Under the pieces are notes generated by a model. That model did no database searches, was not told where the DNA came from, and saw nothing but the letters and a program-made list of their open reading frames with translations. This document shows, in pieces, positions 1-11,444 of a DNA stretch of 64,000 nt. The position numbers and the translations under genes were made by a program. The DNA comes from Podarcis filfolensis. Taxonomy: Eukaryota. The stretch lies in assembly GCA_964270895.1 (NCBI GenBank), contig OZ185442.1, one strand, 5' to 3'. Positions within the stretch are counted from its first letter, which is position 1. Each line of letters opens with the position of its first letter.

Positions 1-121
1 CTCAACAAATGAAACAGATTTGTAAAAATGTTACATGGGGGGGAAAAAAATACGAGGCATTACACTTACACTGTAAAACAAGAAAACCCTTAATAAAATA
101 TTTTTTTAAAAAAAGAAGAAT

Positions 122-189
122 GGATAGGTTTGATCTTCTTGCAGTCCATGGGACTCTCAAGAGTCTCCTCCAGCACCAGAATTCAAAAG
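122..189 (-). mobile_element. BovB (RTE) LINE fragment
   Basis: Minus strand translates FEFWCWRRLLRVPWTARRSNLS, a characteristic BovB/RTE ORF C-terminal motif. Confidence 0.85.
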
Positions 190-1197
190 TTCTTGCTAAT
201 ACAGAGTTTATTTCAACTTGAACAGTGTGATTTACAGCCGGCTCGCACCTGACACTCTACCTGGAGATGCCAAGACTACCTGCACACAAAGTGTGTCCTC
301 TACTACTGACCTGCACTGAGGCCTGAACGGATTCCCGTTCCTTTAAGAGTTACGTAGAAACACTGAATTTCACCAACTTTCTTTCCTTGCCAATTGTTGC
401 AGACACGGGAAACGTTGAATCTCCTTGGCACCTCAGAAACATTCATAGGGGGCTTAAAAATGTCAGGCCAGATTTAACTGGGGGATCTGTCTCAGTCCAA
501 ACTCCATACCTTGGATTTGTTTACTCAAAAACTATCCATTTCAAAGAGAACCCACGTCACACGCCTGGTAAATACAGAATTGTGCTTGATGATCAGATAA
601 CACCAATATTATTTCTGTGAAGACAACATTCATTCTTCCTTACATGCCTGGCCTTTGCGGATTTAAAAGCAGAGGTCATTCACTCCTTGGTGAAGGACCG
701 CAAGTGTCCCACGTTCTGTTTAAGAGGGTCAAACAAAGCTCAGCAGCTGCAATGCATTTCATACCAAAGGTCTGGGATATGAATGCATAAAGCCCTGAAG
801 AACTCAAGACTAGCTTATGTGAAAGATCATCTGGGAACATTTTGCTCCTGGCATCGCACCCTAGAGAATATCACTGGCAGTGGCCTCAAATCAGGCATTT
901 CCAAACATTGTCCCTGCACTCTGGAATGCCCTTCCCTCTACCATACGGGGAGCAACACACAACCATCACTTCAGATGTACTGTGATGACATTTGTTTGCT
1001 TGGCTTTCACTGACCCAGACAACTGGACTCAGTTATTACTGATTTTATTCTTTATATTAACAACAGCGTGGGGAGAGGACAGGAGAAAAATCCATTCTCT
1101 CACCACAGACTGCTGTTTGAAATGATTTCTTCCCATAAATCAGAGTTGGAATGGAACTCAAAACATCTAGCCCAGCCACAAAAAAGTCACTGCTACG

Positions 1198-1489
1198 CAG
1201 GGCCGGATTTAGGTTTGATGGGGCCCTTTATATGTCCAGCTGTCTTTTGTCAACAACAAATTGTTGCTGTTTTTTGTGTTGAATATATGCTATCTGGTAA
1301 TTTATGGACCTGATAGGTATCTAAAGCCATTTGCACATAACAAAATATGGATTTTATCAAAGTAATTGTTGAACTGAAATACAATTAAGAAGAAGTATAT
1401 TAATAGTGAAATACAATTTTTGGGGGCCCCCCAAAGAGAGTGGGGCCCTAAGCTATAGCTTGTTTAGCTTAAACGTAAATCCGGTACTG
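1198..1489. mobile_element. Non-autonomous hAT DNA transposon (MITE), 292 bp
   Basis: TIRs CAGGGCCGGATTTA / TAAATCCGGTACTG; perfect 8-bp TSD CTGCTACG (1190-1197, 1490-1497). Confidence 0.9.
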
Positions 1490-1593
1490 CTGCTACGTCA
1501 CCCCGATTCAAGCCTCAGCTTGAAAAGCACTCACGACCGAGGGTCCCCCACTTTCAAGGCAGCCAACCCAGCTGTCAAAAAGAAGAAGAAGAA

Positions 1594-1723
1594 GTTAGAG
1601 TATGGTGCTGATAATGCCAAGGTTGCAGGTTCGATCCCTGTATGGGACATCTGCATATTCCTGCAATGCAGGGGGTTGGACTAGATGATCCTCAGAGTCC
1701 CTTCCAATTCTATGATTCTATGA
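1594..1723 (+). mobile_element. tRNA-Ile-derived SINE with CR1-type tail (Squam3/POM-like), 5' truncated
   Basis: gttagagtatggtgctgataatgccaaggttgcaggttcgatcc resembles tRNA-Ile(AAT); the tail gggggttggactagatg...ctatgattctatga is a CR1 3' end. Confidence 0.8.
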
Positions 1724-1734
1724 CTAAGAAGAGT

Positions 1735-1917
1735 TTGGATTTGATAGCCCACTTTATCACCACCCAAAGGAGTCTCAAAGCGGCTAACATTCTCCTTTCC
1801 CTTCCTCCCCCACAACAAACACTCTGTGAGGTAAGTGAGGCTAAGAGACTTCAGAGAAGTGTGACTAGCCCAAGGTACACTACCGCTCTTAACCACTATA
1901 CCACACTGGCTCTCTTC
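1735..1917 (-). mobile_element. MIR-like (core) SINE, internally deleted
   Basis: Minus strand gagagccagtgtggtatagtggttaagagc...cttagcctcacttacctcacagagtgtttgttgtgg, a typical tRNA head plus core domain. Confidence 0.6.
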
Positions 1918-2073
1918 CTAAACCATGATCACTTTTAGTATCGGAGCCAAGCTGGGGATAGACGCCTTCAGACAACAACATGCAGGAAGAGAAAGTAAGA
2001 GGAGGGTGGGATTTGCTCCTGACCTGCTCTCCCTCTGTTGCACGCTGAAAGCATCCCACCTGTTCTTTATAGA

Positions 2074-2425
2074 TAAAGCTAAAGGGACCCCTGACCATTA
2101 GGTCCAGTCGTGACCAACTCTGGGGTTGCGGCGCTCATCTCGCTTTATTGGCTGAGGGAGCCAGCGTACAGCTTCTGGGTCATGTGGCCAGCATGACTAA
2201 GCCACTTCTGGCGAACCAGAGCAGCGCACAGAAATGCCGTTTACCTTCCCGCCGGAGCGGTACCTATTTATCTACTTGCACTTGGACATGCTTTCGAACT
2301 GCTAGGTTGGCAGGAGCAGGGACCAAGCAACGGGAGCTCACCCAGATGCGGGGATTCGAACTGCCAACCTTCTGATCGGCAAGTCCTAGGCTCTGTGGTT
2401 TAACCCACAGCGCCACCCACATCCC
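2074..2425 (-). mobile_element. Sauria SINE, full length
   Basis: Head gggatgtgggtggcgctgtgggttaaaccacagagcctagg and tail (ACCTTT)n-like on the minus strand. Confidence 0.92.
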
Positions 2426-2827
2426 TTAAAAGGTAAAGATCAAGGGACCCAGTTCTTTATAGGCAGACTGTAAAACAACAGGGCATCTGAATTGTCTGTT
2501 AGCTTTCCAGGGAGAGAGCTGAACATGGAGGTGGGGGCATAGCTGTCAACTTTTTCCTTTTCTTGCGAAGAATCCTATTTGGAATAAGGGAATTTCTCTT
2601 AAAAAAAACCTCCCACAACAGCCAACAACTATAAACCTAAAAGCCTGGTTGGACCAGGCCAAAGGTCCGTCTAATTGCTGTTCTCAGAGGGGCCACCCAG
2701 AGGCTTCTTGCGAAACCCCAAAGCAGAACACGAGTGCATCAGCGGCACTCTCCCTACTTGCAATTCCCAGCAGCTGGCATTCAGAGGTGTACTGCCTCCA
2801 ATAGCAGAGGAAGTACATAGGCTAGAG

Positions 2828-3074
2828 CACGGGTAGGAAAACTAAAGCCTGGGGGCCGGATCCGGCCCAATTGCCTTCTAAATCCGGCCCGTGGATGGTC
2901 TGGGAATCAGTGTGTTTTTACATGAATGTGTGCTTTTATTTAAAATGCATCTCTGGGTTATTTGTGAGGCATAGGAATTCGTTCATCCCCCCCCCAAAAA
3001 AATATAGTCCGGCCCCCCACAAGGTCTGAGGGCCTGTGGACCAGCCCCCTGCTGAAAAAGTTTGCTGGCCCCTG
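2828..3074. mobile_element. hAT (Charlie-like) MITE, 247 bp, nested in an old CR1 3' fragment
   Basis: Termini CACGGGTAGGAAAACT / AGTTTGCTGGCCCCTG; perfect 8-bp TSD GGCTAGAG (2820-2827, 3075-3082). Confidence 0.88.
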
Positions 3075-3269
3075 GGCTAGAGCCATGATGGCTAATTCCT
3101 CTTTAAAGCCATCCAAGACGAGTATGATGAATCAGCAGGTATAATGGCCTTCTGGATCATGCCAGAGGCCCATCTAGTCCAGCATCCTGTTCTCACAGTG
3201 GCCGACCAGATGTAACATGAACCAGATGTGGTGGTGGTGGGCACTGAGAAAAGAAAATACAATAATGAC

Positions 3270-4145
3270 CGCTCCGCACATTAAATGGGGGGTGCCCTTT
3301 GCGTGGTCGTGCGCAACCCCCTGGACCCTATGTGGCACTATTAGCACAGGCTTGGCTTTGCCTTCCCCAGGTGGGATACCTGGAGGTCTCCGCCTACCTC
3401 AGCCAGTTGCCCAATCCCACCTGGGGAGGCGTTGCCACGGTGATCAGGCCAGGTAGGGGGAGGGACCACCCTGCCCACACAATAGGGGGAGAATCTTACC
3501 TGGGAATCGTCAGTTGGCTCCAGAGCTTCTCCCACCCTACCCACCCTCAGTTAAGACTCCTTTTGCAGGTTAAACTTTTCTCCACAGGTACGCAGGCGCT
3601 GCTATGTCCAGGTGGCTGTTGAAGGGCTGGAAAATAATTCTCCTGCATTGGCAGGTTTGACTTTCCCGTAGCAAAATGTCACAACTTTGGCGGTATCAGG
3701 CCTTGGGTGGAATCCTTCAGTCTCTCTTCCCTGAATGGGGGTGGGGCATGTAGCGGTGACCCACACCCCCCTTCTCTTTGTGGCGGCGATCCCAGGGTTC
3801 CCCGTTAAAGGGATTGTTTTGAGGGGAGGCTTTGGCCGTACACCTAGAGGTTGTCATTGCTCTCCTCTGCGATGCCGGCATAACAGGGGCGGGCTCTCTC
3901 TGTTGAACATATGTTCTCCAGAGCCAGCCCACCCCCCCGCACACTCTGGATAACCTTGATGTTCCCCAGATCCCCGGCGGGGGACTGGGAGGGATAAATA
4001 CCCAATGCCTGAGCAAAGGTCTACCCACATATGAAACATAATAAAGTTGTGGCCAATTTTTAATCCCATAGCACGTTGTCTTGAGTCGTTATTCCACATG
4101 GGGGCCGCCCAGGGTGTGGGGGGCTCCGCCTGTCCACGCAAAAGA
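3270..4145 (+). mobile_element. Unclassified ~870-bp GC-rich LTR-like or DIRS/Ngaro-like insertion
   Basis: TATA-like ATAAATA 3994-4000, AATAAA 4040-4045, ...TTCCACA end at 4098, imperfect terminal inverted repeats and an internal hairpin. Family not identified. Confidence 0.5.
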
Positions 4146-4705
4146 TAGAAAACAGAGATGCAACATCAACAAAAACAAGTAAAATGAGATTATAAAAACA
4201 GACTGAAAGCAGGAATTCAGTAATGACAGGGTCTGATCTTAAAGGTCTGGGGGTGGGGGTGGTGAGGGGAGCCCAGAACTAAGCAAAAAGATATACAGTC
4301 TTTGCAAGATGTTTGAGGGAAGTGCTTCATGTATGACAGAGAGGACATTCCGGTGTTCAGAGGCAATGGTGGTATTCTGTAGGGCGCAGTGTCATGGGTA
4401 GCATTTCTCCAGATGATAACAAACTATTGTACCAGTCTCTACAGGGGCAGGTGGTCCCTCAGGTAACCTGGTCCCAAGTTGTTCAGGGCTTTAGATGTTA
4501 ACAAGAACATGGCCCAGTAGCTGGTTGGCAGCCAGTGAAAAATGGTGCTCCACTCAGCATCCCAGAATGGCTGATAAGTAGTGTCTGATTCCTGTTTTTA
4601 AAAACACAGCTGTTACCCAGAGCTGACTCATGCCTTATGGAAAACACAAACATTCCTGATTAGAGTATAGAAATAACAAGAAAGATGGCACTCTTTACAT
4701 GAGCA

Positions 4706-5065
4706 TAAAGGTAAAGGACCCCTGACAGTTAAGTTCAGTCAAGAACGACTCTGGGGTTGCGGCGCTCATCTCGCTTTACTGGCCAAGGGAGCCAACGTTT
4801 GTCCACAGTTTTTCCAGGTCATGTGGACAGCATGACTAAGCCGCTTCTGGTGAAACCAGAGCAGCGCACAGAAACGCCGTTTACCTTCCCGCTGGAGCGG
4901 TACCTATTTATCTACTTGCACTTTGACGTGCTTTCGAACTGCTAGGTGGGCAGGAGCAGGGACCGAGCAACGGGAGCTCACCCCGTCGCAGGGATTCAGA
5001 CCGCCGACCTTCCGATCAGCAAGCCCTAGGCTCAGTGGTTTAGACCACAGTGCCACCCGCGTCCC
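4706..5065 (-). mobile_element. Sauria SINE, full length
   Basis: Full head-to-tail match to the copy at 2074-2425; 11-bp TSD TTACATGAGCA (4695-4705, 5068-5078). Confidence 0.93.
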
Positions 5066-5792
5066 ACTTACATGAGCAAAGCAAGAGATTAATTCTGGGT
5101 GGTATACTAGGTAAACAAGTGAACTGAAGCCCTATTGTGCAATATATATTGTGACTGGAAGGAAGGGAAGTCTAAAATGTAAAGTCCCTCTGCAGGTATA
5201 GAAAATCATATTCCTCTGGTTGTAGATTTTGCCCTTTGGGGCTTTGGAGCCAGTTTCCAGTTTTATGAGCCACTTTGGGACATGATTCCAGAGCCACAAA
5301 GTTACTCTTTCAGGGGAGGAGAGATCTAATGCAGGGCTTGTAGATGTGCTATCTGCTTCTAGAAATTTATTTTCAGAATGAAAGGTATTTGCCTCCAATC
5401 TGCTGTTTGTATACAAAGCAAATATTGCCGAGACACTCACAGGCTGTCTTATCTAAAGCAAACAAAACCCTGTAGCTCTGCATCTGGTATGTCTCACTGC
5501 TTGGGGAAATGCAGAATGCACGTGACAATATTACCCAAACCTCCATGTTAAGCGGCTTTGCGAACTATTGAAACTGTTAAGATAACTCCCCATACTAGTA
5601 AACAAAACTTGCCAAATGAATAGACCAAAATACCATTTGTTGGCACTGTAAGCAACATGAGTTGGTACTATACAAAGCACTATGAAAGCATGAGTGCTGT
5701 TGCACCCATAGCCTGTCTGTGAGCTTCTCATGACCACTTGGTTGGCCACTATGGGAACAGAATGCTGGACCAGATAGGCCTTTGGTCTGATC

Positions 5793-6149
5793 CAGGGGTC
5801 CCCAAACTAAGGCCCGTGGATAAGGCCCGAGGGACTCATTTATCCAGCCTGCGACAACCCCCGCCACCCACTCTTACCAGCGCTGCGCTGCGTGGCTGCC
5901 CACTTCCAGGTCAGAGGAGCACCAGACATAGCTTGTGCGCATGCGCAAGCGTTATTTCCGGTGCACATCCGGGTCGGAGGATGCCTGTGCACATGCACAC
6001 AAGCTACTTCCGGTGCTTCTCCGACCTGGAAGTGCGGCAGAAATAGTGTGTGTGCACGCGTATGGGCACGTGCTCCCCCGCCCTCTGGCCCGCTGCACAA
6101 TCGGCACTGGAGACACCGGCCCGAGGTGCGGTAAGTTTGCTGACCCCTG
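5793..6149. mobile_element. hAT (Charlie-like) MITE with internal palindrome
   Basis: TIRs CAGGGGTCCCCAAACT / AGTTTGCTGACCCCTG; near-identical flanks G(G/C)TCTGAT; internal inverted arms 5902-5923 and 6012-6033. Confidence 0.82.
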
Positions 6150-9100
6150 GCTCTGATCCATAAGGTTTTCTTATTTTCTTCAAATAAGGGTGGTGAGCCC
6201 GTTCAGACAGCCTGTTCTCAGACACTTGGTGGAACCTGACGTGTTCCTGAATGCTCTGGGGCATTTTCCAGTGAAGAAATTTGACAATCTTGTTGACAAT
6301 CCCCTAGCCTTGCTATAGAAAGATAAAACAGGCAGTTGACATGACCCAAGCATCCTCTGCAGCACTGGCCAAACTATGAAGCAAGTTGGACAGAGTCTAG
6401 AGTGTGAAGTGGTCTCACACCAAAACTAACAGAACACTGGTTAACAAATACCTCTGAGTCCACTATGTGGCAATGTGAGCTGTGAAGAAGGCTCACTTTG
6501 CAACTTGTGCTACATCTTCTAGTAGATGGCTGGCAGAATTATTTTGGTAGGTCTGGAGGTTACTGACTCCTTCAGGGGACGGGCAGGTGGGGGACCTCTA
6601 GAACAACAGGGGACCTACCCTGACCAACTGGCTACACGCTTTGAGGATAAACTGCTTGCTTTTGGAGTGACCTTGACTCTGAAGCTGCTGCAGTTGCAGA
6701 TGAAGTAACCAATGCCAGAGCCAGTGATGTGTTGTGGGATCTGTTTTGACTTCTGCAGTCAGCTGATGTGGACAAGGTGTACTAATTTAAAACTGAAAAC
6801 ATGGGAAATCCAAATCGATAGATTCACTCATCCCATAGATTGATCGATCGATAATTTCAATACAGAATTATTCAAGTATTATGGTCTGGGTGGACTTCAT
6901 GAGAACCCTCTGCTTGACCCCAAATGTTTATTTAGTTTTATGGTTACAAATCATGTTACAGCTCCATCCTGTGTATCTGGAGTAAACAAGAAGAGATACC
7001 ATCAGGATCTGGAGGCAGCAAAGAGGCTGTAGGAACAATGACCTCTCATCCTGAGCTGGCCAAGCCCTGCAGGGGTTTTTCCATTGTGATCTTAAGATAG
7101 AGGAGAGCCAAGGGCTCTTATATAAACACAAAACTCTCCTGTTCCCCACTCAGACTACTTGAATGGGTTTTAACCTGACTGGACACTGCCTACGTCAAGG
7201 GACACGGTTTTTCATTCACCTGAAAATTACTTACACATTGTGATTTATCTGGCTAGGGGTTATTGCCCAAGATTAATTTCTCCCTTGCACCTGTTCCTTT
7301 TTGGCCTTTTCGGTAGCTGCTCCTCTGATGCAATAAATATCATTTGAACCAAGTCTTAAGGACACCACATTATGTTAGAGAAGGGGGAATGAAGCAAAAT
7401 GTTGCCAGTGGTTCCTGTTCCTGTTCAGTATCTTAGTGATGCCTTCTTCCAGGATATCCCATTCAGGGGCCCTCCAGACTTCACTTTTATTCATAATTAT
7501 TTGTGCTCACGACAGTATTGGGGTGGTTTACACACAATCCTGTTTGCATCTATAGATTCATTTCATTTTATAGCTTCATTTCCAATCAGTGTGGGTCCCG
7601 TAACTTCCTGCTGAGATTTCCTGCCACAAGTGTTCTGGGGTGTTTTTTTTTGTCCTGCTTTTCTTGCAAGAGTGCCCCTCCAGATGGCAATAATGCAATA
7701 ACACTGTGGATCTGGAGATCATGGTTCATTGGGGTGGGGGTGAGAGAGGGGGGAATTACCCCCTTGTTTGTATGTATATATTACTTCTACAAATTCTGGT
7801 GTTCCCCCAAAGCCTAAATATACCTTCATATTCTGCATGCGTACTGCCGTGTTGGCCATGTAAGGGTTTATGCTTAAAGGAGGAACTCTTTATATGATCC
7901 CACACTTGTCAATATAGTTTTCCTCTAGAACAATTGCTTCTGAGGGATTGAATCCAGAAAAAAAACAAGGACCAAGATGTACTTAAAATGGGCCCTAAAG
8001 CAACATGCCCTGTGGGGATTTTGGATTCCCTCATCACACTTTGCTTTTGAAAGCTCCCCATGTCCCAAAGAAATTTTCCGTAGGGCCTGGGGGCTATAGT
8101 TGAAGAAAGCAGACTAGATCAACCTTAAGGTTCTTGGGATCCTAGTCCGTGCTGCTCACTTAATCTTTTAAAAAACACAAAAACACCACCCTAAATTCTT
8201 TTATTATCTGCAAACGTGCAAGACTGCACTCCTTGTGTAGGAACTATGAGATGGGGAGGGGGGAGAGGGCCAGGAAAAGGTCATTGGAACTATTAATAGT
8301 CTGGAGCCCTTTCCTTAAGAAGAAAGGCTAAAAGCACCTGGTTACTGACAGCTGAAATGCTTAATGTTGTCCCACTCCATTAAAAATGAAGACTCATCAA
8401 CTGTACTTCTAAAGAGCAATTTGACAGTGGAGCCAATGCCTCAGAGGGGTGGTGGGCTCTGCCCTCAATGGAGGTCTTCAAGCATTGGTTGGAGAGTCAT
8501 CTGCTGGGGATGCTTTTGGTAGACTAGAAGGATGAGGGCTCAGTGGTAGGGAATGACTATTGATCAGTGAGGATTAGGGCTGCTCAGTCTCTCAGCCTTA
8601 CCCACCTCGCAGGGTTGAAGTGAAGATAAAATGGGGGAAAGGAGAACCACGTTCACCACTTCAAGCTCTTCAGAGAATATAAATATAATAATAAATGTGG
8701 AAATTGGATGGAACAGACTTATGAAGGCACGGAAAACCGATGTGGAACCCCTCCTTCCAAATGCTTTTCACATATTACTCTTACCCCACCAGGCAGTTGA
8801 GCAACACTTTGATAATGCTACCTACCCCCTTCTCCAAAGGATCCCTTCCCACCTCCACCACTGAGCCCCTGTTCTCCCCATCCAGCTCTTGCATTGAGGC
8901 AGTTTGTTTCACCTTCTGAATCCAAGTTCCCCAACCTGGTGCCCTCCAAGAGATTGTCTCCTATCAGCCCCAACCAGCATGGCCAATGCGCAGGGCTGGT
9001 GGGAGTTTGCAATCCAAAATATCTAGAGGGCACCAGGATGGGAAGGCTGTAATCTGAACAGCTGAGGGTGTTTCAAAACATGTATCATGAACACATCTGT

Positions 9101-10330
9101 AACTCAGCCAATGACTGAGAGTGGACTCATTTCAATCAACTCAAGGTGGGGCTAGAGATGCATTAAAAAGTGCAGTCCAGTGGGGCAAAGCCCCACCAAC
9201 CCTCAGCCTCCTGGCAGTCAGCCTCACCTACCTGTGCCCTTACTTGCAACCACTCATGGGGTTGGCTCTGCCTTTCGTTGACTCTGGTGCCTGCTACTAT
9301 TGGTCTTGCTGCCTTCTGCTCCACCAGTCCCAATGGGCATCAGCCACCACTGCCTGAGGCTCTGTGGGTGGGTGTTTATCCAAAAGCATGATTTCTTCCC
9401 AAATCTCTGTGCTCTAAACCTTTACTGGATACTGTATCTCAATTTCTGACAACAACCAGGGCGATCTAAAACAGGGATGGGGAACCTACAGCCCTCCAGA
9501 TGTTGTACTACAACTCCCATCGTCCCTGACAGTGCTGAGGCTGATGGGAGTTGGAGTCCAATAGCATCTAGAAGGCCACAGGTTTCACAACCCCTGGCTC
9601 CGAAAGGTTATCTAAAGCTGCATCTATCTTCACAGGCACACAACCAATCAATCAAAGAGATTTGTATGATTGGATAGGCCTTGACACTGATGCAACAGCA
9701 TGCGATGTCTGCAAGTCTTTACATTACCAAATATTCCACGTAGCACACATTTATTGTAATAACTGGTTGTGGAACAAGCATTTGCATGCAGAGGCCACAT
9801 ACTGGGCAGTGCAAGCTCCTACAGTATAATTATTGTCATTTATAGCACCACCCGCGGTGTGCAATTATCACCCTGGAACAGACCTCATTGGCTCAGAGGC
9901 CAGGATGGAATGTTCTGCCAGCTGATCAGACTGTGAGGATAAACAGCTATTAGCTGCCCTTCACAGTGATTGACATATGTTTGCAAAAGGTCTGAAAAAA
10001 CTTCAGTCAAGTGAACTTCTAAGGAAGAAACACACAGTGTGATTACGAAGATGGATGGTGGATGGGTGTGGATCTGGGGCTCAAAACCCCCACAAACTCC
10101 CATCATTTCAGGCTACAACATTGCTTCTTGAACAACTGTGTGAGGCTGTGTGAGTTCAAAATTGAGACAGTCCGGGCACCATGGGGAAATAATAAGTTTT
10201 TGCCGCTTTGGCCCCTGTCAAAGTATACCAGAAAGTATACCAGACCTCCTTTCTTCTTTTTTTAAAAAAAGTTTGAATCAGCTGAATACACAATGTAAGC
10301 TACTTAAAAACATCTTTGTTTTCAGAGGAC

Positions 10331-10336
10331 TTTATT
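10331..10336 (-). promoter_or_regulatory. Candidate CFAP74 polyadenylation signal (AATAAA)
   Basis: First canonical AATAAA I found on the minus strand after the stop (~1 kb away), followed by T/GT-rich sequence. Confidence 0.4.
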
Positions 10337-11110
10337 CCAAACAACAGTGCAGCATTGACTCAAATTAAAGTCATCAGTGGGTTTCTTGAAATATGGCAGG
10401 TTTGGCTGCTAACCATCCATCCGTGGAGTCTCATTCTCCACCTTATTTGCCAAATTCAAAGCCCCACCTACACCCCTCCTTCTAGTTTCAGAAGATAAGT
10501 TGGGATCACCATTACTAGAAAACCATAAGGGATCACGTAAAAGAAAAATCAGAGCAGTGGTTCTGTGGAAGGAGGAGTTTGACCCCCTTCCCCATCCTGT
10601 TTTCCAGATCTATATAGCTCTGAAACTGCAATTAGCCTTGCTGGTGTTTGGTTACCTGTATTATTCTGATTGTTAGAGTAATTTACAGCTTCAAAAGGGG
10701 AAGGATTTAGATCCAAAAGGCGGGGGGGGGGAGGAAGTGTCACAGCTCCCATAAAAATTGGATTCCGCAAATGCAACTTTAAAGTAAAAAGAAAACAGAA
10801 AAAGGAAGAAATCAGGTGATACAATCACAGATGCCCCACCTAAGGGGCCGAAGGGTGGAGCTTAAAAGGAAAGTAAGACTTTCATGTGCCTTCCATCACT
10901 GAAAGCTGAGACTGCTATAAGGATCCCACCTTGGCCCATATATTCTGAAGGAATCTTACTAGTTTCAGTAGAGCTGGTTATGAAAGGATACAAAGGACCC
11001 CCAATTTAAGCAGCTTTAAGGGAACTGGATTGCGCCATTTCAGATTGCAGACTTTTCCTCATCTTCTTTTTGATCTGTTATCTTTTGCTTCAGTTCTGGA
11101 TGCTCTGGGA

Positions 11111-11246
11111 CAGGCTTCCTCAACCTCGGCCCTCCAGATGTTTTGAGACTACAATTCCCATCATCCCTGACCACTGGTCCTGCTAGCTAGGGATCATGGG
11201 AGTTGTAGGCCAAAAACACCTGGAGGGCCGAGGTTGAGGAAGCCTG
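11111..11246. mobile_element. Young palindromic hAT MITE (136 bp) in the CFAP74 3' UTR
   Basis: ~35-bp near-perfect TIRs CAGGCTTCCTCAACCTCGGCCCTCCAG...; perfect 8-bp TSD CTCTGGGA (11103-11110, 11247-11254). Confidence 0.95.
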
Positions 11247-11345
11247 CTCTGGGAGATTCATGAGGATGAATGATCCAACACCCCCAGGGATGTTTCTCCA
11301 TCTCTCTTCAGAAAGGGCAGTTTGGAGCCTCAGCTCAGTAGCAGT

Positions 11346-11444
11346 TCACTTGGTCACGATCCTGCCCATGAAGTAGACACTGTACACCTCCTTGATGTCT
11401 CCCTTCACATTCAATATGGCTGATCCAGTCACAGGCTGGTTGGG
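11346..11444 (-). CDS. CFAP74: CFAP74 last coding exon (99 nt including TGA)
   Basis: ctgcag|CCC...AAG TGA. Encodes PNQPVTGSAILNVKGDIKEVYSVYFMGRIVTK* (human PDHPLMVSALLQLRGDVKETYKVIFVAQVLTGP*). Confidence 0.94.
   Translation of the reverse strand, partial: PNQPVTGSAILNVKGDIKEVYSVYFMGRIVTK

Noticed and set aside
1594-1660. tRNA-Ile-like sequence
   Set aside because: It lacks the 5' acceptor stem, has many substitutions and is fused to a CR1 tail, so it is a SINE head rather than a tRNA gene.
6928-7149. TATATAA box with nearby forkhead-like sites and a 73-aa ORF
   Set aside because: GTG start, no recognisable homology and no consistent downstream exon; too weak to call a promoter.
200-10300. 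TMEM52, expected downstream of CFAP74 from recalled mammalian synteny
   Set aside because: I could not find exons encoding its transmembrane or PPxY motifs. The plus-strand NWTQLLLILFF peptide near 1020-1070 lacks supporting splice structure.
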